From: Eubacteriales bacterium
GTDB lineage: Bacteria; Bacillota; Clostridia; Oscillospirales; CAG-272
Length of the DNA stretch: 64,000 nt
Direction: 5' to 3'
Assembly: GCA_051867875.1 (NCBI GenBank)
Contig: JBJDZG010000004.1
Coordinates: 149,482-213,481, forward strand
Shown: in pieces, positions 40,947-49,901 of the stretch
Layout of the letters: each line of letters opens with the position of its first letter
How positions within the stretch are numbered: the first letter of the stretch is position 1
Translations under genes and position numbers: made by a program
Notes under the pieces: model-generated
Seen by the model: only the letters and a program-made list of their open reading frames with translations
Databases searched by the model: none
Told to the model about the DNA's origin: nothing

Positions 40947-42947
40947 TTATGTGGGGAAATGACCTCTGTCGGTAGGAATGTTATTTTTCTCATAATACTC
41001 CCACTTGTCGCGGTACATCAGAGCCTCGGCTCTTGATATAATATCATCTATGTCAAACTCGTCATTTTCTCCCTTTTCGCCCCAAGCAAAGCCGACGGAC
41101 ACAAAGTAGCCCTGAGATGCAATCTCGTCAATAATTCCGGACTTAATATCCATAAACTCATCGTGAGTGGCGTCCATCGCAAAGGCAACAAATTCGTCAC
41201 CGCCGAGTCTATACGTTCTGTCCTCGCCAAGCCTTACCTTAAGCGCGCTCGCAACGGCACAAAGCATATTATCACCCGCCTTGTGGCCGTACCTGTTATT
41301 GAGCTCGTGCAAGCCGTTGACGTCAACAAACAGACACCAAAGCGTCTTTGCGTCAAGAGAGGCAAATTTTGCGCTCTCGGATTCAAAGCTGTTTCTGTTC
41401 TTGGTCTTCGTGAGGTAGTCCATAGTACCCATACTCTGAATGATTCTGTGGTTTTCAAGGTTAGTTACAGCCATGAAGAAATCGTGACTAACACATTCAA
41501 GTATCTGTGAGTCGCTGTCCTCATTTTTCAAGTCGGCTGCACAAAGCACGCCTTTAAGGCTACCCAAGTTGGTATCCATAATGGGAACTGCCAAAATATT
41601 GTTTATTCCGAAATAATCAAGTATATTCTTCGTTTTTCCACTCTCGTCATTTTCGGAATACAGAACGCTCTCCCCTGCCGTCAGAACATTATAGAAATCC
41701 GGAAGCTCATCTCGAATATTCCTGCCCAAAAGTTGGGTATAGTCCACGCCTTCTTTGCTCGGCCAACGGTAGACATCGGTTATTACGGAGCTCTCAAAAA
41801 TGAGGAGCGCCGCACCCTCAGCCCCTATCTCGTCGGCAATTATCCGCAAGGACCGGTCTATAAGCTCGGGTTCGTTATGCGCGCTTATAAGTGCTCTTTC
41901 AACGGAGCTCATGTAGTTTAACCTATGAAGATTTTCTCTGTCCATTCTATTGACTCTGGCGTTCTGCAACATGAGCACCAGAATATGAACCGCCATCATA
42001 ATGATGACTAAGAACATAAGGTCAACAACTGTAAGACGTATATCGTTATAGGCTTCAAACGCGGTATTCTCGTCGATAGTGAGTTCCAAAAACCAATTAT
42101 TTACGGGAACGCTTTTACCCTGAGCATCGTTCATAACGATGGGAGTATAGTACGTGTAAAACCACTGTCCTGTTTCTTGAGATTTGAAGATGCAATACCC
42201 GCTCTTGCCGTTTCTCATATCATCGCACGACTGTTCAATGCTATAACCCTTTTTTGTTTCGCGCTTACCCATACTTCCGTCAAATAAATTCTTGAGAGGA
42301 AGCTCGTTTTCGCGCTCGGTATCATCTGCCGCGTAACGGTGGTATTCGTCCATCAAAAAGCAGCCTGTATCGCCGTCAACGATATAAAATTCGCACTTTC
42401 CGCCGTACATTGTGCAAGAAATGAAATTAGGAAAAACGTCAAGTGAAATAAATCCGTAAAGAGTTCCCACAAATTCATTGCTTCGGTAAATCGGAACGGA
42501 CTGATACACGAATTTTTCGCTTCTCATCTCTCCCATTGAAATCACCTCGGAAATGATTACGTTTTCATCTCTGTCAGGGTCTGCTGAAACCTCATCGTGA
42601 GGGTGCTTGCCGTAGGTTATGTAAGTTCCGTCCGCTCTCTCAACACATACCGAGGAAAAGCTCTGCGTTGCACAAAAGCTCTCCATATACGAGAGCAGTA
42701 TCGGGTCGGGATTTGAACTGTTCGTCGCCAGAATATCCGCAAAAAGCGAAAGTTGTTCATAATTCCTCTCCATGGCATGAATAAACATATCGGAAGCCTG
42801 AGCCGCAGTTTCTTCAATGCGGTCGAAGCAGTCTTCTCTCGCAAAATCTCTTACTGTCAGAATAGCAGTTATGAAGCTTGCGATTATCAGAGCGATAATA
42901 ACTATATTCAGCACGTGAGAAAAAAGTTGCAGTTTTGGTCTTTTCAT
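40947..42947 (-). CDS. Membrane diguanylate cyclase (TM-extracellular Cache-like-TM-GAF-like-GGDEF)
   Basis: Two TMs; 'DYLTKTKNR', 'DVNGLHELNNRYGHKAGD', intact 'RLGGDEF', 'AEALMY..K'. Confidence 0.9.
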   Translation of the reverse strand: MKRPKLQLFSHVLNIVIIALIIASFITAILTVRDFAREDCFDRIEETAAQASDMFIHAMERNYEQLSLFADILATNSSNPDPILLSYMESFCATQSFSSVCVERADGTYITYGKHPHDEVSADPDRDENVIISEVISMGEMRSEKFVYQSVPIYRSNEFVGTLYGFISLDVFPNFISCTMYGGKCEFYIVDGDTGCFLMDEYHRYAADDTERENELPLKNLFDGSMGKRETKKGYSIEQSCDDMRNGKSGYCIFKSQETGQWFYTYYTPIVMNDAQGKSVPVNNWFLELTIDENTAFEAYNDIRLTVVDLMFLVIIMMAVHILVLMLQNARVNRMDRENLHRLNYMSSVERALISAHNEPELIDRSLRIIADEIGAEGAALLIFESSVITDVYRWPSKEGVDYTQLLGRNIRDELPDFYNVLTAGESVLYSENDESGKTKNILDYFGINNILAVPIMDTNLGSLKGVLCAADLKNEDSDSQILECVSHDFFMAVTNLENHRIIQSMGTMDYLTKTKNRNSFESESAKFASLDAKTLWCLFVDVNGLHELNNRYGHKAGDNMLCAVASALKVRLGEDRTYRLGGDEFVAFAMDATHDEFMDIKSGIIDEIASQGYFVSVGFAWGEKGENDEFDIDDIISRAEALMYRDKWEYYEKNNIPTDRGHFPT

Positions 42948-43006
42948 AATTTTCTCCTATCCTATAATCAGGGCTGCCCAAAACCGTAATTATCAATAAT
43001 ATTTAT

Positions 43007-43366
43007 TTATATTTCCTCAAGCCATTCCTTCATAAGAACAATGGCAGAGGAGTATTTCGATTCGATAGATGCCATCATTTCCTCAGCTTTTGCGTATTCG
43101 CCTGAACGAATAAGGTCTGTCTGCTGAGTGAAAAGCGCGTAAAGCTCGTCAAGTGAGAGATTTCCGCAAATTCCCTTTAAGGTATGGCTCGCCATCTCTG
43201 CTGCCTTCATATCTTTATCGGCAAATGCAGCTCTAAGAGCTGCAATAGTACCGTCTTCTGTAAATTTCTTGATAAAGACGCGTATTAAGGAATCGTTTCC
43301 CATAAGGCGCTGCAAAAGAGTGTCGGTATTAACTCCTGCTTTTGTCAATTTTGTATATATCACCAT
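43007..43366 (-). CDS. Hpt (histidine phosphotransfer) domain protein
   Basis: 'RLMGN..L', 'ASHTLKG.CGNL'. Confidence 0.88.
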   Translation of the reverse strand: MVIYTKLTKAGVNTDTLLQRLMGNDSLIRVFIKKFTEDGTIAALRAAFADKDMKAAEMASHTLKGICGNLSLDELYALFTQQTDLIRSGEYAKAEEMMASIESKYSSAIVLMKEWLEEI

Positions 43367-46300
43367 TTTTGTACCCCCCCCCCGTTGGTAAATTTTGTCT
43401 TTTGTTGATTTTTCACAATGGATTGCAAAACTCTTGCCACCTCTCCAAAATCGACGGGCTTGGATATATGACCGTTCATGCCCGAAAGCTTTGCTTCCAG
43501 AATATCGTTATGGAAAGCATTTGCCGTCATTGCATAAATCGGCACGGTCTTTGCCTGAGGGTGATTTGAGGCGCGGATAGCTCTCGTCGTTTCATGTCCG
43601 TCAAGCACGGGCATGATGATATCCATAAATACCGCGAGATACTCGCCGTCCCCGGACGAGGTAAACATATCGTAAGCCTGCTTACCGTTGGGAGCGATGT
43701 CAACCTTAAGATTTTTCATTTCAAGGATAGCCTTTGCTATCTCGGCGTTAAATTCGTTGTCTTCCGCTATAAGTACCTTTTCGCCGTTAAAGGTAATATT
43801 CTCCTGCTCGCGCTTAATTCTCTCGGAGCATGCGATTGCGGTACGAAGATTAGTTTCCGATATCGGCTTTGCAAGGAAGAGGTCAACACCTGCCGCTCTT
43901 GCCTCAATTTCAATATCGGTCCAGTCAAATGCGCTCATTACGATAACGAGAACGTCGTTTCCGACTATTTCTCGAATACGTCTTACGGTTTCAATGCCGT
44001 CAATATCGGGCATTTTCCAGTCAATAATCGCTACGTCAAATTCGTCGGGAGTACCGACGTTTGCCTTTACGAGCTTAACTGCATCAAAACCGTTATCGGT
44101 TATCTTTGCGGAAATTCCCATACCGTGCAAGAGAATGGACGTATACTCGCAGACGTCTATATCGTCGTCTACCACAAGTACGTTTATATCGGTGTCGATA
44201 GTTTCGGAATAAGCGGTGAGATTTCCGTGTTCAAGGGGAACCTCAAAAGTAAATTCGGAGCCCTGTCCAAGCTCGCTGACAACCCCTATATCGCCGTTCA
44301 TAAGGTGAGCAAGATTGCGTGCGATTGACAAGCCAAGGCCTATATTCTCGACGGTGTCCGCATTTGCGCCCTGCGAGAAGGGCTCAAATACCTGTGATAT
44401 AAACTCGGGAGCGATGCCAACTCCGTTGTCCTTGACTTTGAAAACGAGCATATCGTACTCGTCGGAATGGCGTGCGATATCCACGTCAAGTGAATATTCT
44501 CCTCCCTCGCCGGTGTAGCGGTAAGCGTTGTCAAGCAGATTCGTCAGCACCTGACGAATACGGAACTCATCGCCTATATAGCTGTTTGAGATTTTGTCGT
44601 TAACCGTCACGGAAACGCTCTGTCCCTTGGTTTTTGCCTTTTCGCTCGTCTCTGCAATTATTTCGGATACAAGGTCGCGCAGGTTAAAATCGGACATATT
44701 GAGAGCGAGATTTCCGTTTTCTATCTTCGTATAATCAAGCACGTCGTTTACAATACCGAGCAGGTACTTTGAGGACGTACCTATTTTGAGCAAGCAGTCG
44801 TTAATCTTCTGTTTGTCGTCAATATGAGCCGAAATTATCGTCGTCATACCGATAATGGCATTGAGGGGCGTTCTTATGTCGTGGCTCATTCTGGAAAGAA
44901 AGTCGTACTTTGCGCTGTTTGCCTGATGGGCAAGGTGCAAAGCATCGCTCAAAATCTTTCTGGTCTTTTCCCTCTCCTCTATCTCCTTGTCTATATTCTG
45001 CGACAGAGATATTTCGAGCAGGTCGCCGTTGCGCGCGTCCTCAAGGAACAGTACTCTGTTGGATAACCAGTGAAGCGTTCCGTCGTCGGAATACTGAGGG
45101 TATTCAAGCCTTACGCTCTTTTTGCCCTCGCGGTATGCCTTGATAAGACTTGCGCGACAAAAAGTATCGTAAAATTCCTTTCTGTGAGAAACGGGAATCC
45201 TATCTCTGTATTCTTCCACAATATCATCAAACACGCCATTGGAATTGGCAGCGCGAGCATCAATTCTGCTTTGGTCAATTATATAATATCTGTTTTTCGT
45301 AAGGTTTACGGCAGTTATCATATCGTAAGCCGTTTGAACAGCGGTCGTAAGAAGCATCAGGTCCATTACGGAATCCGATGCAAAATCCGACGCAATGCCG
45401 TCCGACGCGCGGTCATACATCTCACGGAAACGCTCCGTATCCTTGGTTATACTGTCGGGAATATAGCTCCGGTCTTCGGAAAGATACCATTTACGGATAT
45501 CTCCCTCGACCTGCAAAAAGCATTCGACGAGCTTGGGATTAAAGCAGCCGCACTCGCCGTTTTTAATCATTTTGACCGCCTCATCGTACGAATAGGGCTT
45601 TTTATACACCCTCACGCTTACGAGCGCGTCGTAAACGTCGGCTATTGATACCGCCTGAGCCGCAACGGAAATTTCATCGCCCGAAATTCCCTCGGGATAG
45701 CCCCTTCCGTCCCAACGCTCGTGATGATGAAGAGCGATATCTTTTGCATACGTATATATTTTATGACTCTGAATCTGACAAATCTGTTCAAGAAGCGCCG
45801 CGCCCTTGACGGTATGAAGCTTCATAACCTCAAATTCTTCCTTGGTAAGCCTTCCGGGCTTATTCAAAATAACGTCGGAAATAGCTATTTTGCCCACATC
45901 GTGCATAATAGCACCGCGCGCGATGCTTTCAATATCGTCATCGGAAAGTCCCTCGCCGAAAGAGGTATTTGAAAGAATATATTTCGTTATTCCGTAAATC
46001 CTGCCGACGTGCTGACCCGATTCTATATCGCGGAACTCGATAGCAGTAGCGAGTGCCTCTATCGTTCCTCTGTTTAGCTCGTCAATCGCCTTTGCGTTTT
46101 CAATAAGCTTTTCTTCCTGACCTTTGACCGTTTCTTTCAGTGCTTCTCTTGCAGAGAAAAGCTCGATAACCGTCTTTACTCGCTTCTGAATGATTACGGA
46201 CATAACGGGCTTTGAGATAACGTCCATTACGCCGAGTCTGTACGCCCGCTCTACGAGCTCGTTGTCGTCCTGGGCGGTAATTATAAACGTCGGAATTTTT

Positions 46301-46545
46301 TCGGTAATTCCTTTCTCGCTTATTCTCTCAAGAAGTTCAATTCCCGTCATCTTGGGCATTTGAACGTCAAGAATTATCGCACAGAGCTTGTCAGCGTGCT
46401 TCATAATCTGAGCCAAGCCCTCCTCTCCGTCCGCGGCTTCCTCAAAATCGAACTGAGAGGAAAAAATATTTTTCAGCAATTCTCTGTTAAAATAATCGTC
46501 ATCGACTATCAAAATACAATTCTTATTTGTAATGTCGTGTTGCAT
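43360..46545 (-). CDS. REC-HD-GYP-(PAS-like)-HisKA-HATPase-REC-REC fusion protein
   Basis: REC 'ILDVQMP'; 'HDVGK', 'HHERWDGRGYP'; H-box 'SHDIRTPL', 'NLLDNA', 'DNGVGI'; REC 'IDWKMP' and 'MDIIMP'; no TM helix. Confidence 0.9.
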   Translation of the reverse strand: MQHDITNKNCILIVDDDYFNRELLKNIFSSQFDFEEAADGEEGLAQIMKHADKLCAIILDVQMPKMTGIELLERISEKGITEKIPTFIITAQDDNELVERAYRLGVMDVISKPVMSVIIQKRVKTVIELFSAREALKETVKGQEEKLIENAKAIDELNRGTIEALATAIEFRDIESGQHVGRIYGITKYILSNTSFGEGLSDDDIESIARGAIMHDVGKIAISDVILNKPGRLTKEEFEVMKLHTVKGAALLEQICQIQSHKIYTYAKDIALHHHERWDGRGYPEGISGDEISVAAQAVSIADVYDALVSVRVYKKPYSYDEAVKMIKNGECGCFNPKLVECFLQVEGDIRKWYLSEDRSYIPDSITKDTERFREMYDRASDGIASDFASDSVMDLMLLTTAVQTAYDMITAVNLTKNRYYIIDQSRIDARAANSNGVFDDIVEEYRDRIPVSHRKEFYDTFCRASLIKAYREGKKSVRLEYPQYSDDGTLHWLSNRVLFLEDARNGDLLEISLSQNIDKEIEEREKTRKILSDALHLAHQANSAKYDFLSRMSHDIRTPLNAIIGMTTIISAHIDDKQKINDCLLKIGTSSKYLLGIVNDVLDYTKIENGNLALNMSDFNLRDLVSEIIAETSEKAKTKGQSVSVTVNDKISNSYIGDEFRIRQVLTNLLDNAYRYTGEGGEYSLDVDIARHSDEYDMLVFKVKDNGVGIAPEFISQVFEPFSQGANADTVENIGLGLSIARNLAHLMNGDIGVVSELGQGSEFTFEVPLEHGNLTAYSETIDTDINVLVVDDDIDVCEYTSILLHGMGISAKITDNGFDAVKLVKANVGTPDEFDVAIIDWKMPDIDGIETVRRIREIVGNDVLVIVMSAFDWTDIEIEARAAGVDLFLAKPISETNLRTAIACSERIKREQENITFNGEKVLIAEDNEFNAEIAKAILEMKNLKVDIAPNGKQAYDMFTSSGDGEYLAVFMDIIMPVLDGHETTRAIRASNHPQAKTVPIYAMTANAFHNDILEAKLSGMNGHISKPVDFGEVARVLQSIVKNQQKTKFTNGGGVQKW

Positions 46546-46684
46546 GGTCTCTCCCATATCAAATAAAATCAATGTATTCCGGTGCTGTTGTTTATATATA
46601 AATCACCATTATATATTTTAGCAAATATTTTTAATAATTGCAAGACATTTATCGCCTTTTTTGTAATAAAACGCAAAAAAATGC

Positions 46685-46724
46685 AAAAAAAGAAAACAAA
46701 TCTCTTTTGAGATTTGTTTTCTTT
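46685..46724 (-). terminator. Terminator ending the sipW...EAL unit
   Basis: AAAGAAAACAAATCTC-TTTT-GAGATTTGTTTTCTTT; the flanking A-run gives a U-tract on the minus strand. Confidence 0.75.
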
Positions 46725-46728
46725 CACA

Positions 46729-48981
46729 TTACAGAATATGTTCTTCGTTAAGAAACGAGATATAGTCGGTAACGGGAATCGGACGGGAGTAGATATATCC
46801 CTGAATTATATCACAGCCGAAGCGTTTCAGTCTTTCAAGGTCGTCGGTAGTTTCAACGCCTTCCTGAGTTACTTCCATACCGATACTCTTTGCCAGAGAT
46901 ATCATCGTTCTGAGCAGTTCGTCGTCGCGCTCCTTTGACGTTCCCTTCTTCAAGAAGAAGCTGTCGAGCTTCAACTCGTCCATAGGCAGAGCTTTAAGGA
47001 TTTGGAATGACGAATATCCCGCACCGAAGTCGTCTATCGAGCAACGGAAGCCGTTTCTGTGGAGTTTTTCGACAAGCCCTTTCAAAACCTCGTAGTTCTC
47101 ATACGCAAAGCTCTCGGTAAACTCAATCATTATGAAATTATCCGCAACGCCGTATTTCTTCTTCGTACTGATATAGAAATCAAGGAAATTATCGGCAATA
47201 GCAGTTACACGGGAAACGTTGACGGAAATGGGCACTAACTTGTAGCCCTGCGCAACGGATTCTTCAAAGTATTTGCAGACCTCGACGAAAACGTATTTAT
47301 CCATTTGTGCGATAAAACCGTTTGCCTCAAAGAGCGGAATGAACTCATCGGGCTGACGGAAGCGTGAGTTTTCGGGGTCGTACCAACGCACGAGAGCCTC
47401 TGCACCGTCTATCTTGCCCTTTCCGATATTGTATTTGGGCTGGAAGAATACCTTAAATTCACCGCTTTTCAGCGAGTTCTCCATTTTAGCCTCAATTTCA
47501 GCTTCATGAAGGAACATATCGTGAATTTTTCTGTCATAAATTCTGATATTTCCAACCTGCTCCGCCACGCTTGAACGCTCTGCGGAAATAGCGTTATCGA
47601 GCATCTTCTCGGGGGACGTCGTTTCCTCTCTGTCAAGGAAATATATACCGCAGGAAGTCTTGATATTATAATGTTTAACTACGAGAAGCGGACAGTTCGT
47701 AATGAAAGATACTATGTTCTTTACACGCTTCAACACGTCATCATTTTCCTTGTAGTGAAGCAAAAGTGCAAAGTCAGCGCTGTCAACGAGGCAGTAGCTC
47801 TCGTCGGCTTGCATCGATTTTTTTAGAACCTGAGCTATGAAGCGAAGCGAATCCAAAGCGATATTTTCGCCGAAATGCTCCTGCATATATTCATAGTGCA
47901 ATACTTTAATATATACTACCGCAAAGTTCGTAACCTTATTTGAGTGCAGTATTCTATCGGTATCGTTTTCATACTTTTTGAACGTCGGACATTCAAGCAC
48001 GGGGTCAATCGTACCGTAGTCGTCCATTTTGCTCAAAACGTGGAAGTTGGAAACGAGAACGTAAATCAGCAAAACGAGCATTACGAGCGTAAGAACTATA
48101 ATAGTCGAGTAAATCGTGCTGACAAGCTGATATCCGTCCTTATAAATATCGGACGCCTTATAAACCGTGACGGTATAGAGCATATCGGACGCGTAATCCG
48201 CACAGTCAAAGCAAACGACGTATTTCTCGCCCGCTATAACTATGGAATGTGCACCGTTTTGAACAACGTTCTTTTCAAGCACGTCAATAGCGGGCTTATC
48301 ACCCGTAAATTCGCGGAGCTTTAAGAAAAGATTGTTGTACCTTTCAAGTCCGAAGCCGCCGTCGCGGACGGTATAGAAAATATCTCCGCCCTCGGAGCAA
48401 GCTCCTACGTAAACGGGTTCAACGTCAAGCTCTCCCTCGGAAACAAGGCTTTCTTCAAGTGCGCCTATGTAATAGTAAGAGATAACTCCGTCAACCTCGC
48501 TTCCGTGAGGGACGGGCGCGTATACGGCAAACACCCTGAGAGCTGTATTTCTGTCCGTGAATACTCCCGTTACGGCGAGCTTATTTTCAGCAACGGTTTC
48601 AAGTACCATCGGGTTTTCCACACCGTTAAAAGGCTCTCCGGTGGTGAAATACACCTCCCCGTCCTTTACCAAACGGAAGAAAGCAAGCGTATTGTGATTT
48701 CCGTCGTGCAGAATATTGTATAGATAGTCAGTTGCCTGCTCCATACTTGCAGGCATACCGTTTGCGATAAGCTGCGATTTCTGAGCAAAGTTGCTTACGG
48801 TATCGCTTAGCATTTTACCGAATTTCACCGATTCAAGCTTTGCGCTGTCCTCTGCCTGAGCGTCAAGTCCAACTGCGAAATCCTCGACTAATATTACTGC
48901 ACAGCAAATGAGCAGTATGAAAAGAACCGCTGCAACAGTTATCAAAAGTTCTTTATATCGCTTTTTGAAGAAACTCTTCAT
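46729..48981 (-). CDS. Membrane c-di-GMP phosphodiesterase (sensor-degenerate GGDEF-intact EAL)
   Basis: 'EALVRW', 'SVNVS', 'EFTES', 'DDFGAGYSS', 'KLD', 'EGVET', 'QGY' all intact; GGDEF replaced by 'DSADF'; two TMs. Confidence 0.9.
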   Translation of the reverse strand: MKSFFKKRYKELLITVAAVLFILLICCAVILVEDFAVGLDAQAEDSAKLESVKFGKMLSDTVSNFAQKSQLIANGMPASMEQATDYLYNILHDGNHNTLAFFRLVKDGEVYFTTGEPFNGVENPMVLETVAENKLAVTGVFTDRNTALRVFAVYAPVPHGSEVDGVISYYYIGALEESLVSEGELDVEPVYVGACSEGGDIFYTVRDGGFGLERYNNLFLKLREFTGDKPAIDVLEKNVVQNGAHSIVIAGEKYVVCFDCADYASDMLYTVTVYKASDIYKDGYQLVSTIYSTIIVLTLVMLVLLIYVLVSNFHVLSKMDDYGTIDPVLECPTFKKYENDTDRILHSNKVTNFAVVYIKVLHYEYMQEHFGENIALDSLRFIAQVLKKSMQADESYCLVDSADFALLLHYKENDDVLKRVKNIVSFITNCPLLVVKHYNIKTSCGIYFLDREETTSPEKMLDNAISAERSSVAEQVGNIRIYDRKIHDMFLHEAEIEAKMENSLKSGEFKVFFQPKYNIGKGKIDGAEALVRWYDPENSRFRQPDEFIPLFEANGFIAQMDKYVFVEVCKYFEESVAQGYKLVPISVNVSRVTAIADNFLDFYISTKKKYGVADNFIMIEFTESFAYENYEVLKGLVEKLHRNGFRCSIDDFGAGYSSFQILKALPMDELKLDSFFLKKGTSKERDDELLRTMISLAKSIGMEVTQEGVETTDDLERLKRFGCDIIQGYIYSRPIPVTDYISFLNEEHIL

Positions 48982-49010
48982 AGTTCTTCCCTTTCTCGTC
49001 GGTTTTCGGA

Positions 49011-49247
49011 TTATTTTTTAAGGTTAAGCGCGTCAAGCTTGCGTTGGCACTCGTGCATCTGCTCTCTTATGGAGTTAATCTGAGAGGTAAAAGTATTGAA
49101 GTAATCAACGTCATCATCGTCAGGGACGGTGTTTGAGAGAATTGCCTCGACGAGAGCCGCCTGCGAGCGCGCTCTGCGGCGTTCAATGGCAACTATCTGC
49201 TTTTTGTACTTTTTTATCTGCGAATTGAGCTTTAATTTTTCAAACAT
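49011..49247 (-). CDS. Small helical/coiled-coil hypothetical protein (78 aa)
   Basis: GAGGAG RBS inside the end of sipW; packed between sipW (3 bp gap) and the EAL gene (29 bp gap). Confidence 0.7.
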   Translation of the reverse strand: MFEKLKLNSQIKKYKKQIVAIERRRARSQAALVEAILSNTVPDDDDVDYFNTFTSQINSIREQMHECQRKLDALNLKK

Positions 49248-49250
49248 AAG

Positions 49251-49901
49251 TCATTTCTCCTCATTTTGTCTGTCATTTTGAAGATTCTCGGCTTTAAGGC
49301 GCTCTATCTCGCGGCGAATGAGCTCTTCTTCGAGCTTCTTTTTCTCGTCCTCGTTCTTCTCTTTTTGCGCCTTAAAATGCTTTACGAAATCGGGCACGCA
49401 CATGGCGAGTGTCAGCATGAGAAAGAGGAGTGCAATTATCACAAAGCCTGCTGGAGTGAGGAAAAATCTCACGACGGCGGTCATCGTGGGCAAATTTTTG
49501 ACGTATCTGCCGACAATTTTATCCGCTTTTGCGGTATATTTGTCGTTTATGGGATTCGTCGCTTCGTTGTCGCCCTTGGTAACAAATTCCTCGTTGTCGC
49601 CGATTATTTCAACAACCCTGTGAGTGTTGAGCGCACCGTTAAGCATTGGGTCGTCGGAGTAGAACATAATCACGTCTCCGACCTTTATATCCTTAGGCTC
49701 AACCTTCTCTATCTGAATGTACGAGCGGGCAGGAATGGTGTCTTCCATACTTTGAGAAACTATCCAAACCGACGCTTTATCAAAAATGAACGTCACTTCA
49801 TTATTGGAGCGGCGGACGAACAGCAAAACCGCCGTACACAGCATCGCGCCGAGAAGCACGATGCAGAGAATATTCAAAATCAGTTTTTTTGTTTTTTTCA
49901 T
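49251..49901 (-). CDS. sipW: Signal peptidase I, SipW/S26B type (copy 2)
   Basis: 'IVSQSMEDTI', 'GDVI.F', 'NTHRVV', 'TKGDN'; N- and C-terminal TMs plus charged tail. Confidence 0.85.
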   Translation of the reverse strand: MKKTKKLILNILCIVLLGAMLCTAVLLFVRRSNNEVTFIFDKASVWIVSQSMEDTIPARSYIQIEKVEPKDIKVGDVIMFYSDDPMLNGALNTHRVVEIIGDNEEFVTKGDNEATNPINDKYTAKADKIVGRYVKNLPTMTAVVRFFLTPAGFVIIALLFLMLTLAMCVPDFVKHFKAQKEKNEDEKKKLEEELIRREIERLKAENLQNDRQNEEK

